From Luteolibacter sp. (lineage in GTDB: Bacteria; Verrucomicrobiota; Verrucomicrobiia; Verrucomicrobiales; Akkermansiaceae), in the NCBI GenBank assembly GCA_047606285.1, contig JASGEP010000020.1, forward strand, positions 30,891 through 94,890: a stretch of 64,000 nt of DNA, read 5' to 3'. Every line of letters begins with the position of its first letter. Position 1 is the first letter of the stretch. A model generated the notes under the pieces. It was not told where the DNA came from and did not search any database. It saw only the letters and a program-made list of their open reading frames with translations. The translations under genes were made by a program, and so were the position numbers. Positions 27,499-36,746 of the stretch are shown in pieces.

Positions 27499-28941
27499 AT
27501 GTCCTACGACGAAACCTCCGCCGCCCTCCTCGACGAGGAAACGCACGAGGCGATCAATATCGATCGCACCAAGGGCGATTTCACCTTTCCCGAGCGTCAC
27601 AAATACGACGCCGGCCGGGGTCTTTCCGCGAAGACCATCGATTACATCTGCGATGTGAAAAAAGATCCCGACTGGGTGCGCGAGTTCCGCCACAAGGCGC
27701 TCCGCGTGTTCCAGGAAAAACCGCTGCCCACGAACTGGGCCACGACGGATCTGGAAAACATCAACTTCGACGAAATCCGCTACTACCTTTCCGACGGCGA
27801 AAAACCGAAACGTTCCTGGGAAGACGTGCCGGAAGACGTGCTGAAAACCTTCGAGCGCCTCGGCATTCCCGAGCAGGAACGCGCGTTCCTCGCCGGCGTG
27901 GAAGCCCAGTACGACTCCGAGGCCGCCTACTCGAACATGAAGGAAGAACTCACCAAACAGGGAGTCATCTTTGTGAACTCGACCGAAGGTCTGAAGGAAT
28001 ACGAGGAAATTTTCCGCCCGTGGTTCGGCAAGGTGATCCCCACCGGTGACAACAAATTTTCCGCGCTGAACTCCGCGGTGTTTTCCGGCGGCTCCTTCAT
28101 CTACATTCCGAAAGGCGTGAAGCTGAAGCAACCGCTGCAAGCTTACTTCCGCATCAACTCCGAGAGCTTCGGCCAGTTCGAGCGCACGCTCATCATCGCC
28201 GACGAAGGCGCCGAGGTGATGTACATGGAAGGCTGCACCGCGCCGAAATTCGAAACCGCCACCCTGCACTCCGCCGTGGTCGAACTCGTCGCCCTCAAAG
28301 GCGCGAAGATCCAGTACGTCACCGTGCAGAACTGGAGCAGCAACGTCTTCAACCTCGTGACCAAGCGCGGCCTCGCGCTGGAAGATGCCGAAGTGCGCTG
28401 GATCGACTGCAACATCGGTTCCCGCCTCACTATGAAATATCCCGGTGTGGTGATGAAGGGCGAAGGCGCGCGCGGAGAGGTGATTTCCATCGCCCTCGCC
28501 AACAGCGGACAGCATCAGGACACCGGTGCGAAGATGATCCACGCCGCGAACAACACCACCTCGAACGTCGTTTCCAAGTCCATTTCCGTCGGTGAGGGAC
28601 GCGCGACTTATCGGGGTCAGGTCCACATTCCGAAGCATCTCAAGGGTTGCAAAAACAACACCGAGTGTGACGCGCTGCTCATCAACACCCGCAGCCGCAC
28701 GGACACCTATCCGGCCATCACCGTGAAGGGGAACCAGCACTCCACCCAGCACGAAGCGTCCGTCAGTCAGGTATCCGAGGAAATGCTCTTCTACATGCAG
28801 CAGCGCGGCATCAGCGAAGGCGCGGCCATGTCGCTCGCCGTGAACGGTTTCATCAACGATCTCGTCCGCGAGTTCCCGATGGAATACTCCGTCGAACTGA
28901 AACGCCTGATCGACCTCGAAATGGAAGGTTCCGTAGGCTGA
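27499..28941 (+). CDS. sufB: Fe-S cluster assembly protein SufB
   Basis: [46 protein letters not shown]. Confidence 0.97.
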   Translation: MSYDETSAALLDEETHEAINIDRTKGDFTFPERHKYDAGRGLSAKTIDYICDVKKDPDWVREFRHKALRVFQEKPLPTNWATTDLENINFDEIRYYLSDGEKPKRSWEDVPEDVLKTFERLGIPEQERAFLAGVEAQYDSEAAYSNMKEELTKQGVIFVNSTEGLKEYEEIFRPWFGKVIPTGDNKFSALNSAVFSGGSFIYIPKGVKLKQPLQAYFRINSESFGQFERTLIIADEGAEVMYMEGCTAPKFETATLHSAVVELVALKGAKIQYVTVQNWSSNVFNLVTKRGLALEDAEVRWIDCNIGSRLTMKYPGVVMKGEGARGEVISIALANSGQHQDTGAKMIHAANNTTSNVVSKSISVGEGRATYRGQVHIPKHLKGCKNNTECDALLINTRSRTDTYPAITVKGNQHSTQHEASVSQVSEEMLFYMQQRGISEGAAMSLAVNGFINDLVREFPMEYSVELKRLIDLEMEGSVG

Positions 28942-28946
28942 TTTTA

Positions 28947-28984
28947 ACTGACCGATCCGACTGATCGTTCTGATCCGACTGATC
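28947..28984. repeat. 9-bp tandem repeat (about 4 units, TCCGACTGA-like) between sufB and sufD
   Basis: actgaccga tccgactga tcgttctga tccgactga tc. Confidence 0.75.
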
Positions 28985-28992
28985 TTTTTCCC

Positions 28993-30246
28993 ATGACCAC
29001 CACTCTTCCTTACTGGTTTTCCGCCCGCAAAATCTCCGCCCAGGCACGTTACGAAGCCACCGCAACGCCGAAGCGCGGCGATGAAACGTGGCGTTTCTCG
29101 AATTTCAAACAGCTCGATTTTTCCGGCGTGCGCCGTGGAGAGGTTCCTTCGGATGCCGCCGGTCTGATCGTCCGTTCCGAAGGACTCGCAACGCCTGTCG
29201 CGAAATTCGTTTTCGCGAACGACCACCTGATCCATTCCGAGACCAAGCTGCCGGAAGGCGTCATCTGTCTGCCGATTTCCGAAGCGCTCGTTTCCCACGG
29301 CGAGCTGGTGGAAGCGCATTTCATGAAGCAGGAAACCCGCCTCGGCTCGGCCAAATACGCCGCGCTGCACGAAGCGAATCTTTCCAACGGCCTTTTCGTT
29401 TACGTTCCGGAAAACGTGGAGATCAAGGGCACCATCGAGGCACATCACTGGATCTCCGGTGAAAACGTGGTGATCTATCCGCACACGCTGATCGTCACCG
29501 GCACGGGCGCGAAGGTCCGTGTTGTCGATCTTTTCCGCTCGGCGGACGAAGCGCCCGGCCTCGCCATCGCTTTCAACGATCTCTGCGCCGGTGAAGGCTC
29601 GAAGCTCGATTACGTCGCGATTCAGGCGTTCAACGAGCAGACGCGCGTCATCCAGATCAACGAAACGTCCGTCGCTTCCGACGCTTCGACGAAAGGTTTC
29701 ATCCTCAATACCGGCGCGTCGTGGGCGCGCAACGAGTCGCTGTCCCGCCTCGAAGGTCGTGGTGGCCGCTCGGACATGCTTTCCGTTTCCATCCCCTCGC
29801 ATGAGCAGGAATACGATCAACGCACGTTCCAGCATCACGTTTCCCCGGGTGCCTATTCGGATCTGCTCTACAAAAATTCGCTCTACGATTACGCCAAGAC
29901 GATCTTTTCCGGTCTGATCTTCGTCGATGAAGGCGCTCATGAAACCGACGCCTATCAGACGTGCCGGAATCTCTTCATGAGCGAGACCGCCGAGGCGAAT
30001 TCCATGCCGGGTCTGGAAATCAACGCGGATCAGGTGAAGTGTTCGCACGGCAGCACTTCTTCCTCGATCAGCGATGAGGAGCTTTTCTATCTGCGCGCTC
30101 GCGGTATCGATCCGGTGCGCGCCCGTCAGCTCATCGCCCGGGGTTTCTCGGTGGATGTGGTCGAGCGCCTTGGTGATGACGAGGCCGAAGCGCTGGTGCT
30201 GAAATTCATCGACGAGAAATTTTCCCGGATTGCGACGAAGCGCTGA
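28993..30246 (+). CDS. sufD: Fe-S cluster assembly protein SufD
   Basis: ETWRFS, ANSMPGLEINADQVKCSHG, LFYLRARGI. Confidence 0.93.
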   Translation: MTTTLPYWFSARKISAQARYEATATPKRGDETWRFSNFKQLDFSGVRRGEVPSDAAGLIVRSEGLATPVAKFVFANDHLIHSETKLPEGVICLPISEALVSHGELVEAHFMKQETRLGSAKYAALHEANLSNGLFVYVPENVEIKGTIEAHHWISGENVVIYPHTLIVTGTGAKVRVVDLFRSADEAPGLAIAFNDLCAGEGSKLDYVAIQAFNEQTRVIQINETSVASDASTKGFILNTGASWARNESLSRLEGRGGRSDMLSVSIPSHEQEYDQRTFQHHVSPGAYSDLLYKNSLYDYAKTIFSGLIFVDEGAHETDAYQTCRNLFMSETAEANSMPGLEINADQVKCSHGSTSSSISDEELFYLRARGIDPVRARQLIARGFSVDVVERLGDDEAEALVLKFIDEKFSRIATKR

Positions 30247-30266
30247 GTTCTGATATGCCTTGAGCG

Positions 30267-30872
30267 ATGAAGGCCTTCGCTCTTTTACCCGCTCTCGCCC
30301 TTTTCACGCTTTCGGGTTGTGAGAAGGCGCGGACGTTGCAGGATTCACTGCTTCAGAAAGTCCGGGAGAGCAAGGCGGAGGCTTCGGCTTCGGCGGTGGC
30401 TGCGGGTCCCGCGGCATCGGAGGCGGTGCGGATGATCGACTCGGCTTCGTACGAGGCATTCATCGCGCAGAAAAACCGGCTGGTGATCGTGGATTTCTAC
30501 GCCGATTGGTGCGGGCCTTGTCGGGTCATCGGGCCGGTTCTTGAAAAAGCCGTGGCCGCACATCCCGAAGTGGTTGTGTTAGGCAAGGTGGATGTCGATG
30601 TTTCCCGCGATCTGGCAGCCCGGCATAACGTCACCAGCATCCCGGATGTCCGCATTTTCCGGGACGGCAGGCAGGTGGAACGGATCATCGGTTTTTCCGG
30701 CGAAGCGAAGGTGCTCGCGACCATCGCGGCTCTCGCGAAGGATGTGGAACCGGCGGCTCCGGAACCGTCTCAAGAGCCGTCTCCCGTGCCCGATGCGGAT
30801 TCGTCCGGACCCGTGCAGGGGATGCAGCCGATGAAAAAAGACTGGATGCCGGAGGGCATACAGCGGCGTTGA
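30267..30872 (+). CDS. Thioredoxin-domain lipoprotein
   Basis: Lipobox LSGC; DFYADWCGPC; SIP cis-Pro motif. Confidence 0.85.
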   Translation: MKAFALLPALALFTLSGCEKARTLQDSLLQKVRESKAEASASAVAAGPAASEAVRMIDSASYEAFIAQKNRLVIVDFYADWCGPCRVIGPVLEKAVAAHPEVVVLGKVDVDVSRDLAARHNVTSIPDVRIFRDGRQVERIIGFSGEAKVLATIAALAKDVEPAAPEPSQEPSPVPDADSSGPVQGMQPMKKDWMPEGIQRR

Positions 30873-30879
30873 TTTGGTC

Positions 30880-31857
30880 TTACGAGCCGGTGGGGACACC
30901 GGCGGTCCGTTGTTTCACCCACTCGACGTAGCGTTCCAGCCCCTTGCGCAGCGGGGTGCCCGGGGAGTAGCCGAAGAGTTGCTTCGCACGGGAAACGTCG
31001 GCGTAGGTGAGCGGCACGTCACCGGGTTGATCGGGGAGGTAGTTGATTTGGGCTTTTTTGCCGAGGATGTCTTCGATGTTCGCGATGAGCTCGGAGAGTG
31101 TGTTCGCGGCGGAGCCTCCGAGGTTCACGATTTCGAAATCGCTGGCGGTGTAGTGACCCGCCGCCATGACGCCCGCGATGATGTCCTCGATGAAGGTGTA
31201 ATCGCGGGCGGTGCTGCCATCGCCGTATTGGTCGATCGGCTGGTCGTTGAGAATGAGGCGGGTGAATTTGGAAATGGCGAGGTCCGGGCGCTGGCGCGGG
31301 CCGTAAACGGTGAAGAAGCGAAGGCAGATACAGCGGATGCCGTAGAGGTGCGAATAGTTCGAGCAAAGCTGCTCGCCCATCAGCTTGGTGGCGGCGTAGG
31401 GGGAAATCGTGCGCTGGATGAGGTCGTCTTCGGCGAAGGGGACCTTCTTGTTCACGCCGTAGACGGAAGAGGAGGAAGCGAAGACGAAGTGTTTCACACC
31501 GGTTTTGCGGCAGCCTTCGAGCAGGTTGAGGGTGCCGTCCACATTGGTGCTGACATAAAGGCGGGGATCGGCGAGCGATGGGCGGACGCCGGCGCGGGCG
31601 GCGAGGTGAAAGACTTTATCGAAACGATGTTGCTCGAACAGGGATTCGACGAGCGCGACGTCCCGCAGATCACCGCGCACTAAGGTGATGCGATCGCGGA
31701 TGGTGGCGATGTTTTCTTCCTTGATGGAGACGTCGTAGAAGTCGTTGAAATCGTCGATAATCACGACCTTCGCCCCTTCGGCGAGAAGGGCTTCACAGAG
31801 GTGGGAGCCGATGAAACCGGCACCGCCGGTGACGAGAATGGTTTGAGGGTTGCTCAT
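30880..31857 (-). CDS. NAD-dependent nucleotide-sugar epimerase (UDP-glucuronate 4-epimerase-like)
   Basis: GGAGFIGS, HLAARAGVRPS, SSSSVYG, YAATK, RFFTVYGPRQRPDLA. Confidence 0.9.
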   Translation of the reverse strand: MSNPQTILVTGGAGFIGSHLCEALLAEGAKVVIIDDFNDFYDVSIKEENIATIRDRITLVRGDLRDVALVESLFEQHRFDKVFHLAARAGVRPSLADPRLYVSTNVDGTLNLLEGCRKTGVKHFVFASSSSVYGVNKKVPFAEDDLIQRTISPYAATKLMGEQLCSNYSHLYGIRCICLRFFTVYGPRQRPDLAISKFTRLILNDQPIDQYGDGSTARDYTFIEDIIAGVMAAGHYTASDFEIVNLGGSAANTLSELIANIEDILGKKAQINYLPDQPGDVPLTYADVSRAKQLFGYSPGTPLRKGLERYVEWVKQRTAGVPTGS

Positions 31858-31870
31858 GGGAAGGGAGCGA

Positions 31871-32854
31871 TCAGGGGTTTTGTGGAGGAGTGGAAAGGGT
31901 GGCGACGGAAGATTTCTTTTTCCGTTTCTTTCTCCGGCGCTTCTCGGGGTAGACGTTCGGGAACTGCTTGCCGCGTTTTTTGTAACGGCGGTGAACCCAG
32001 AAATACTGGTCCGGATGGAGGCGGATGGCGTCTTCCATCAGACGGTTGGTGCGGAGGGCGTCGGCGACGGGATCGTCGGTGGGGAAATTTTCCAGGGCGG
32101 GCAGGATTTCCAGACGATAAGTGCCGTCTTCGAGGCGGAAGGCGAAGTAGGGAACCACGGCGGCACCGGTCATGCCGGAGAGGCGGCTGGTGGCGGTGTT
32201 GGTGAGGGCGGGCTCGCCGAAGAAGGGAACGATGCTGGAGAACTTGCTCTTTTTGCTCTGATCCGGGGCATACCAGATGGTGGAGCCGTTTTTCAAGGCG
32301 CGGATCAGTCCGCGAAGATCGTCCATGGGAATGGCGACGGTCATTTTCTTGAGCCGCTGGCGGTGCATTTCCCTGGCGACGACGGCGTTGTCCGGATCGC
32401 GGAAGAGGCAGCCGATGGGTAGGGTTTCCGAGAGGTAGCGGCCGCAGATTTCAAGGGTGGTGAAATGGGCGGTGAGGAGGATCACGCCCTTGCCGCGAGC
32501 CTGGGCTGCGGCGAGATGTTCGAGGCCCTGGATTTCGTATTTTGGCATGCGGCTGGCAGGTGCCCACCAGGCCATGCAGGTTTCAAAGAGACCGATGCCC
32601 ATCGCTTCGTGGTGGACGGTGGCCATTTTGCGGATTTGTTTTTCGCCGAGTTCGGGAAAGCCGAGCCGGAGGTTGATGCGGATGATTTTCCGCCGTTCCC
32701 GCAGCAGGAAAAAGGTGATTCTTCCGAAAATCCTGCCGAGCGCGATCTGTATGCTCCAGGGGAGCAGGGTGAGCAGGCGCATGAGACCCAGCGCCAGCCA
32801 GGTGGGCCAGAGGAAGGGATGCCAGAGCGGATGCTTGCCCGTGCGACGACTCAT
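31871..32854 (-). CDS. lpxL: Lipid A late acyltransferase (LpxL/HtrB family)
   Basis: LLTAHFTTLE, WYAPDQ, FFGEPA, PDQYFWVHRRYK; start 32854 overlaps the DUF4254 stop (ATGA). Confidence 0.88.
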   Translation of the reverse strand: MSRRTGKHPLWHPFLWPTWLALGLMRLLTLLPWSIQIALGRIFGRITFFLLRERRKIIRINLRLGFPELGEKQIRKMATVHHEAMGIGLFETCMAWWAPASRMPKYEIQGLEHLAAAQARGKGVILLTAHFTTLEICGRYLSETLPIGCLFRDPDNAVVAREMHRQRLKKMTVAIPMDDLRGLIRALKNGSTIWYAPDQSKKSKFSSIVPFFGEPALTNTATSRLSGMTGAAVVPYFAFRLEDGTYRLEILPALENFPTDDPVADALRTNRLMEDAIRLHPDQYFWVHRRYKKRGKQFPNVYPEKRRRKKRKKKSSVATLSTPPQNP

Positions 32855-33447
32855 GCGCATGCCGGTTTTTTGCCTGCGTAGAGCTGCGGGTTGAGCGTCG
32901 GGTCGTTGTACATCTTGAACTGGTAATAGACGGCGAAGGTGCGGGTTTTCGCTTTCACCGCTTCGAGCAGTTCGTCGAGGCATTCGATGAGGTCGCCGCG
33001 TTGGTGGAGGAGGCGGGCAAGTTTGGCCGCGCAGTTTGCCTTGTGCTCGTCGCTGGCGTCCTCACGCTCGGTTTCCTCGCGCATGTGGAATTCCTTGAGC
33101 GCCATGATGGAAAGGCGGTCGATGATCATGCCCGGGGTCTCGGAATTGCGGGGACAGCCGCTTTCGGCGGGGTGTAGCTCGGCGACGAGAGCCTTGTCCA
33201 TTTCCTCGATGAAGTTGTTCCGCTCCTGATTGTAGCGATCGATGGCGCGCTTGGCGTGGTAGATGCGTTCGAAGCCGATGTCGTCGCGGCGGGCGATGTC
33301 CTCTTCATGCCAGAGCTGGAAATTGCGCAGGTGGTTTTCCTGCACGAGGCGGAAAAATCCTTCACCGGCGGAGGCGGGTGTTTGCTCGTGCCAGAGAGCT
33401 GTGAGCTCGGTCTGGAGATTGGCGATGGCGGGAACGTCGAAGGTCAT
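32851..33447 (-). CDS. DUF4254-family protein
   Basis: NFQLWHEEDIAR, KRAIDRYNQERN, NSETPGMIIDRLSIMALKEFHM, FKMYNDPTLNP. Confidence 0.85.
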   Translation of the reverse strand: MTFDVPAIANLQTELTALWHEQTPASAGEGFFRLVQENHLRNFQLWHEEDIARRDDIGFERIYHAKRAIDRYNQERNNFIEEMDKALVAELHPAESGCPRNSETPGMIIDRLSIMALKEFHMREETEREDASDEHKANCAAKLARLLHQRGDLIECLDELLEAVKAKTRTFAVYYQFKMYNDPTLNPQLYAGKKPACA

Positions 33448-33512
33448 CGGGGAAAACGGGAAAGGGTGTTTACGATTGCAGGTCTTCCGGCAGTGGGCAA
33501 GCCTCCCTTCCC

Positions 33513-34499
33513 ATGCCGGAAACGCCGTCGTCCACCCCTTTCAAGAGCCTGCTGGTCATCAAACCTTCGTCGCTGGGCGATATCGTGCACGGCTTGCAGA
33601 TCCTGCAAACGGTGAAACGTCAGCTGCCGGAGTGCCGGGTGACGTGGGTGGTGCGGGATCGCTTCGCCGGGCTGGTGGAGGCCGCGCCGTTCATCGATGA
33701 AGTGATTCATTTCCGCCGCAAGGAGGGCGTGAAGGGGATTTGGGAGGTGCTGAAAACCCTGCGGCGGAGGCGGTTCGACTCGGTATGGGACCTTCAGGGA
33801 CTGCTGCGTTCCGGCCTGATGGCTGCCGCCGCGAAATCTCCGGTGAAATGGGGCAGGAATGATAGCCGGGAGGGCGCGGGATTTTTCACTAAGCCGGTCG
33901 CCGTGCCGAGAGGAGAAGGGCCGCATCATGCCATTCGTGTGTTGCAGGAGTTCCCGAAAGCGCACGGGCTGGACGCGGAGGTGACGTTCCCTCTGGAGCT
34001 GAAGCCGGGGCCGGAATTTCCGTGGTCGGCATTTTTCAACGGTGACCCAGACACCCAATTCGTGATCTTCACGGACAGCCGGGGTGCGGGGAAGGAATGG
34101 CCGAAGTTCGACGCTCTCACCCATTTGATCTGGAAACACATTCCCGGCAGCCGTGTGGCGTGGTGCGCGGGCCAGCCGACCGCGCCAAGCGGAGAAATCC
34201 CGGAAGGACGTTTTCTCAATCTCACCGGCTGTCCGCTCGATGAAATGATCGCGCTTTGCCGCCAGCCGTCCATTTTCATCGGAAACGACAGCGGCCCGAT
34301 GCATCTCTCGGCCGCCGTGGGCAACAAGGTGCTGGCGATTTTCGGCCCGACTTCTCCGCTGCGCTTCGGCCCGTGGCCGATCGGCTCTCCCCGCACGCGA
34401 GCGTTGTGCGCACCCGGTGGTGTGCTCATGGACCTCACGCCGGAAGCGGTGTTCGAGGAGGCGAAAGCGTTGAGCGAGTCCGTGAAATCGGAATGCTGA
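33513..34499 (+). CDS. GT9 glycosyltransferase (heptosyltransferase-like)
   Basis: IKPSSLGDIVH, DLQGLLRS, IGNDSGPMHLSAA, IFGPT. Confidence 0.9.
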   Translation: MPETPSSTPFKSLLVIKPSSLGDIVHGLQILQTVKRQLPECRVTWVVRDRFAGLVEAAPFIDEVIHFRRKEGVKGIWEVLKTLRRRRFDSVWDLQGLLRSGLMAAAAKSPVKWGRNDSREGAGFFTKPVAVPRGEGPHHAIRVLQEFPKAHGLDAEVTFPLELKPGPEFPWSAFFNGDPDTQFVIFTDSRGAGKEWPKFDALTHLIWKHIPGSRVAWCAGQPTAPSGEIPEGRFLNLTGCPLDEMIALCRQPSIFIGNDSGPMHLSAAVGNKVLAIFGPTSPLRFGPWPIGSPRTRALCAPGGVLMDLTPEAVFEEAKALSESVKSEC

Positions 34500-34501
34500 A
34501 A

Positions 34502-34528
34502 GGACCGCCGACGTCCACGTCGGCTCTT
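34502..34528 (+). repeat. REP family A copy
   Basis: GGACCGCCGACGTCCACGTCGGCTCTT, 3 bp after the GT9 stop. Confidence 0.75.
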
Positions 34529-34593
34529 TTCGAAGAATGTTTCATTTCATTCAATAGGTTGCGACCGGACCTTGCCCACGCTAGTTTGCAAAA

Positions 34594-35262
34594 ATGCGTT
34601 GGATTCGCTCGTTCTACTGCCTGTTGCTCACTGTGGCACCGCTCGTCGCGCAGACGGAAGGACCGTCCACTTCGAAAAAGTCCGGGCACGGGAAACCGGC
34701 GCTGATTTCCACCTCGGAACTCGCCGGATTCGACGCGCTGCCGGAAGACCGGAAAAAGCTCATCGAACAGGCGATCCGGGTGGCCCGCGAATCCGGCTGG
34801 CTACCGTATCAATTCGGCGGTTCCAGTCCTCGGGATGGTGGCTTCGATTGCTCCGGGGCGATGTATTTCGTCATGCAAAAATCCGGCCTCAAGCCCCCGC
34901 GCAGTTCGGCGGAACAATACGAATGGGTGAAGGCGGCGGGACGTTTTCATTCCGTTCCGGAAAGCGTGCGTGACACCGGCCACCCCAGCCTCGCCGCTCT
35001 GCACCCCGGTGATCTGCTGTTCTGGACCGGCACCTATGAGCCGACCGACGGCCGCAAGACGAACATCACCCACGTCGCCCTCTACCTCGGCATGGAAAAA
35101 AAGGACGGTCACCACGTGATGATTAACGCCACCGATGGCAGATCCTACCGTGGAAAGCAGGCGAACGGCTACGGCGTCTATGACTTCCGCCTGCCGAAGG
35201 AAGGGAAAAAATCCCGCTTCATCGGCTACGGCACACCGCCGGGCATCGCGCCGAAGCTGTGA
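34594..35262 (+). CDS. NlpC/P60 family cell-wall peptidase
   Basis: PYQFGG, GFDCSG, PGDLLFW, ITHVALYLG. Confidence 0.88.
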   Translation: MRWIRSFYCLLLTVAPLVAQTEGPSTSKKSGHGKPALISTSELAGFDALPEDRKKLIEQAIRVARESGWLPYQFGGSSPRDGGFDCSGAMYFVMQKSGLKPPRSSAEQYEWVKAAGRFHSVPESVRDTGHPSLAALHPGDLLFWTGTYEPTDGRKTNITHVALYLGMEKKDGHHVMINATDGRSYRGKQANGYGVYDFRLPKEGKKSRFIGYGTPPGIAPKL

Positions 35263-35274
35263 TTTTCCCCGCGG

Positions 35275-35724
35275 CTATTCCTTTTCCGCCGGAATGATGA
35301 GCACCGGCACTTTCGCTTTCCTCACCATCCCCTCCGCCACGCTGCCGAGCAGCAACGAAGCGACCACCCCGTGGCCGTGGGAACCCATAACGACCAGATC
35401 CGCACCGTTCTCTTTCACATATTCGGATAACTGGTGCAGCGGGCTGCCCTCCACAAGCTCGGACGTCACTTCCGGCAACTCCGCCGCCACCTTGGAATGC
35501 AGATGCTCCATGTGGCGTTTCGCACGGCGCAGCGCTTCGTCCTGATATACATTCATGGCCGGGAACTCCTCCGGAGTGAATCCGTAAGCGGTATAAGCGG
35601 GTTGAGGCTCCACCGTGTGAAAAAGATGCAGCGCGGAGTGGAATTTCCGCGCCATGCTGACAGCCATTTCGATGACTCCGGGTGTGGAATTGGAGAAATC
35701 AACAGCGGCGACGATCGTTTTCAT
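35275..35724 (-). CDS. Universal stress protein
   Basis: IVAAVDFS, DLVVMGSHGHG, LLGSVAEGMVRKAKVPVLII. Confidence 0.93.
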   Translation of the reverse strand: MKTIVAAVDFSNSTPGVIEMAVSMARKFHSALHLFHTVEPQPAYTAYGFTPEEFPAMNVYQDEALRRAKRHMEHLHSKVAAELPEVTSELVEGSPLHQLSEYVKENGADLVVMGSHGHGVVASLLLGSVAEGMVRKAKVPVLIIPAEKE

Positions 35725-35922
35725 GGCAACTCATTCCATAGCATGGGAGCCGATGAAGTGCAAAAAGTGTTTCGCCCATCGATAGATCGGATGAAACATT
35801 CAGAAAATACGGTTACCGATGACGACTTCGCCACCTCCCGGTCGGCGATTCCCCTTGACGGGGAATATTCCCGGACTTTCTGATGGGTGACCGGAGAGGC
35901 TCACTCTGTCGTCCGACCCCAC

Positions 35923-36735
35923 ATGGCCTTGAAAAACATTTTATGTATGAAATGGGGAACCGCCTACGGTCCCGAGGATGTGAATGTGTTCTACGGGATG
36001 GTCGCCCGAAACATCACCGGCGACTTCAAGGTCGTTTGTTTCACCGATGACGCCACCGGCATCCGCCCCGAGGTGACCTGTCTGCCGTTGCCTCCGCTCG
36101 GTTGCGAAATCCCGCCCGATGTACCCGGCAAATGGCCGAAAGTCGCCCTTTGGAGCAGGGAGCTCTACGGTCTGGAAGGTATCGCGCTTTTCATCGATCT
36201 TGATTCCGTCATCGTCGGCACCCTTGATGACTACTTCACCTTCGGTGATCCGAACGATGTCATTACCGCCCGGAACTGGCTGAACCGTCTTAAAAAAAGC
36301 GCCCAGACTTCCGTCTTCCGTTTCCCCATCGGCAAGCACTCCTACATGCTGGAAAACCTTCAAGCGGATCCCGCCGGGATTTCACGGAAATACCAGTATG
36401 AGCAGAACTACGTCACCGCGAACATCCGGGGAGGCGTTAAATTCTGGCCGGAAGCGTGGACCAGGCATTTCCGGGTTCATTGCATGGGAGCGTGGCCTCT
36501 GCGCTACCTGCGGCCTCCGGTTTTACCCAAGGGGACTAAAATCGTCACCTTCCCCGGCCTGCCCGGTCCCGCCGACGCGATGCTTGGTCGTTGGACGGAA
36601 GGTTCCGCCACCCGCATGCCGCTCGAGCATCTCGGACATGTTTGGGCAAAATTCCGTTCAGGAGGAAAATGGCGCAAGGAACTGTCCCGCTACGTGCGGA
36701 AGGCGGATTGGATCGGTTCCCATCGGAAGGAATGA
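35923..36735 (+). CDS. GT-A fold glycosyltransferase
   Basis: CMKWGTAY, VCFTDD, LFIDLDSVI (DxD motif). Confidence 0.75.
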   Translation: MALKNILCMKWGTAYGPEDVNVFYGMVARNITGDFKVVCFTDDATGIRPEVTCLPLPPLGCEIPPDVPGKWPKVALWSRELYGLEGIALFIDLDSVIVGTLDDYFTFGDPNDVITARNWLNRLKKSAQTSVFRFPIGKHSYMLENLQADPAGISRKYQYEQNYVTANIRGGVKFWPEAWTRHFRVHCMGAWPLRYLRPPVLPKGTKIVTFPGLPGPADAMLGRWTEGSATRMPLEHLGHVWAKFRSGGKWRKELSRYVRKADWIGSHRKE

Positions 36736-36746
36736 TGATTTCCGGA

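Noticed and set aside
31871-31950. Lys/Arg-rich C-terminal tail of LpxL as a separate signal
   Set aside because: Basic tails are common on membrane-associated acyltransferases, and nothing further supports a special role.
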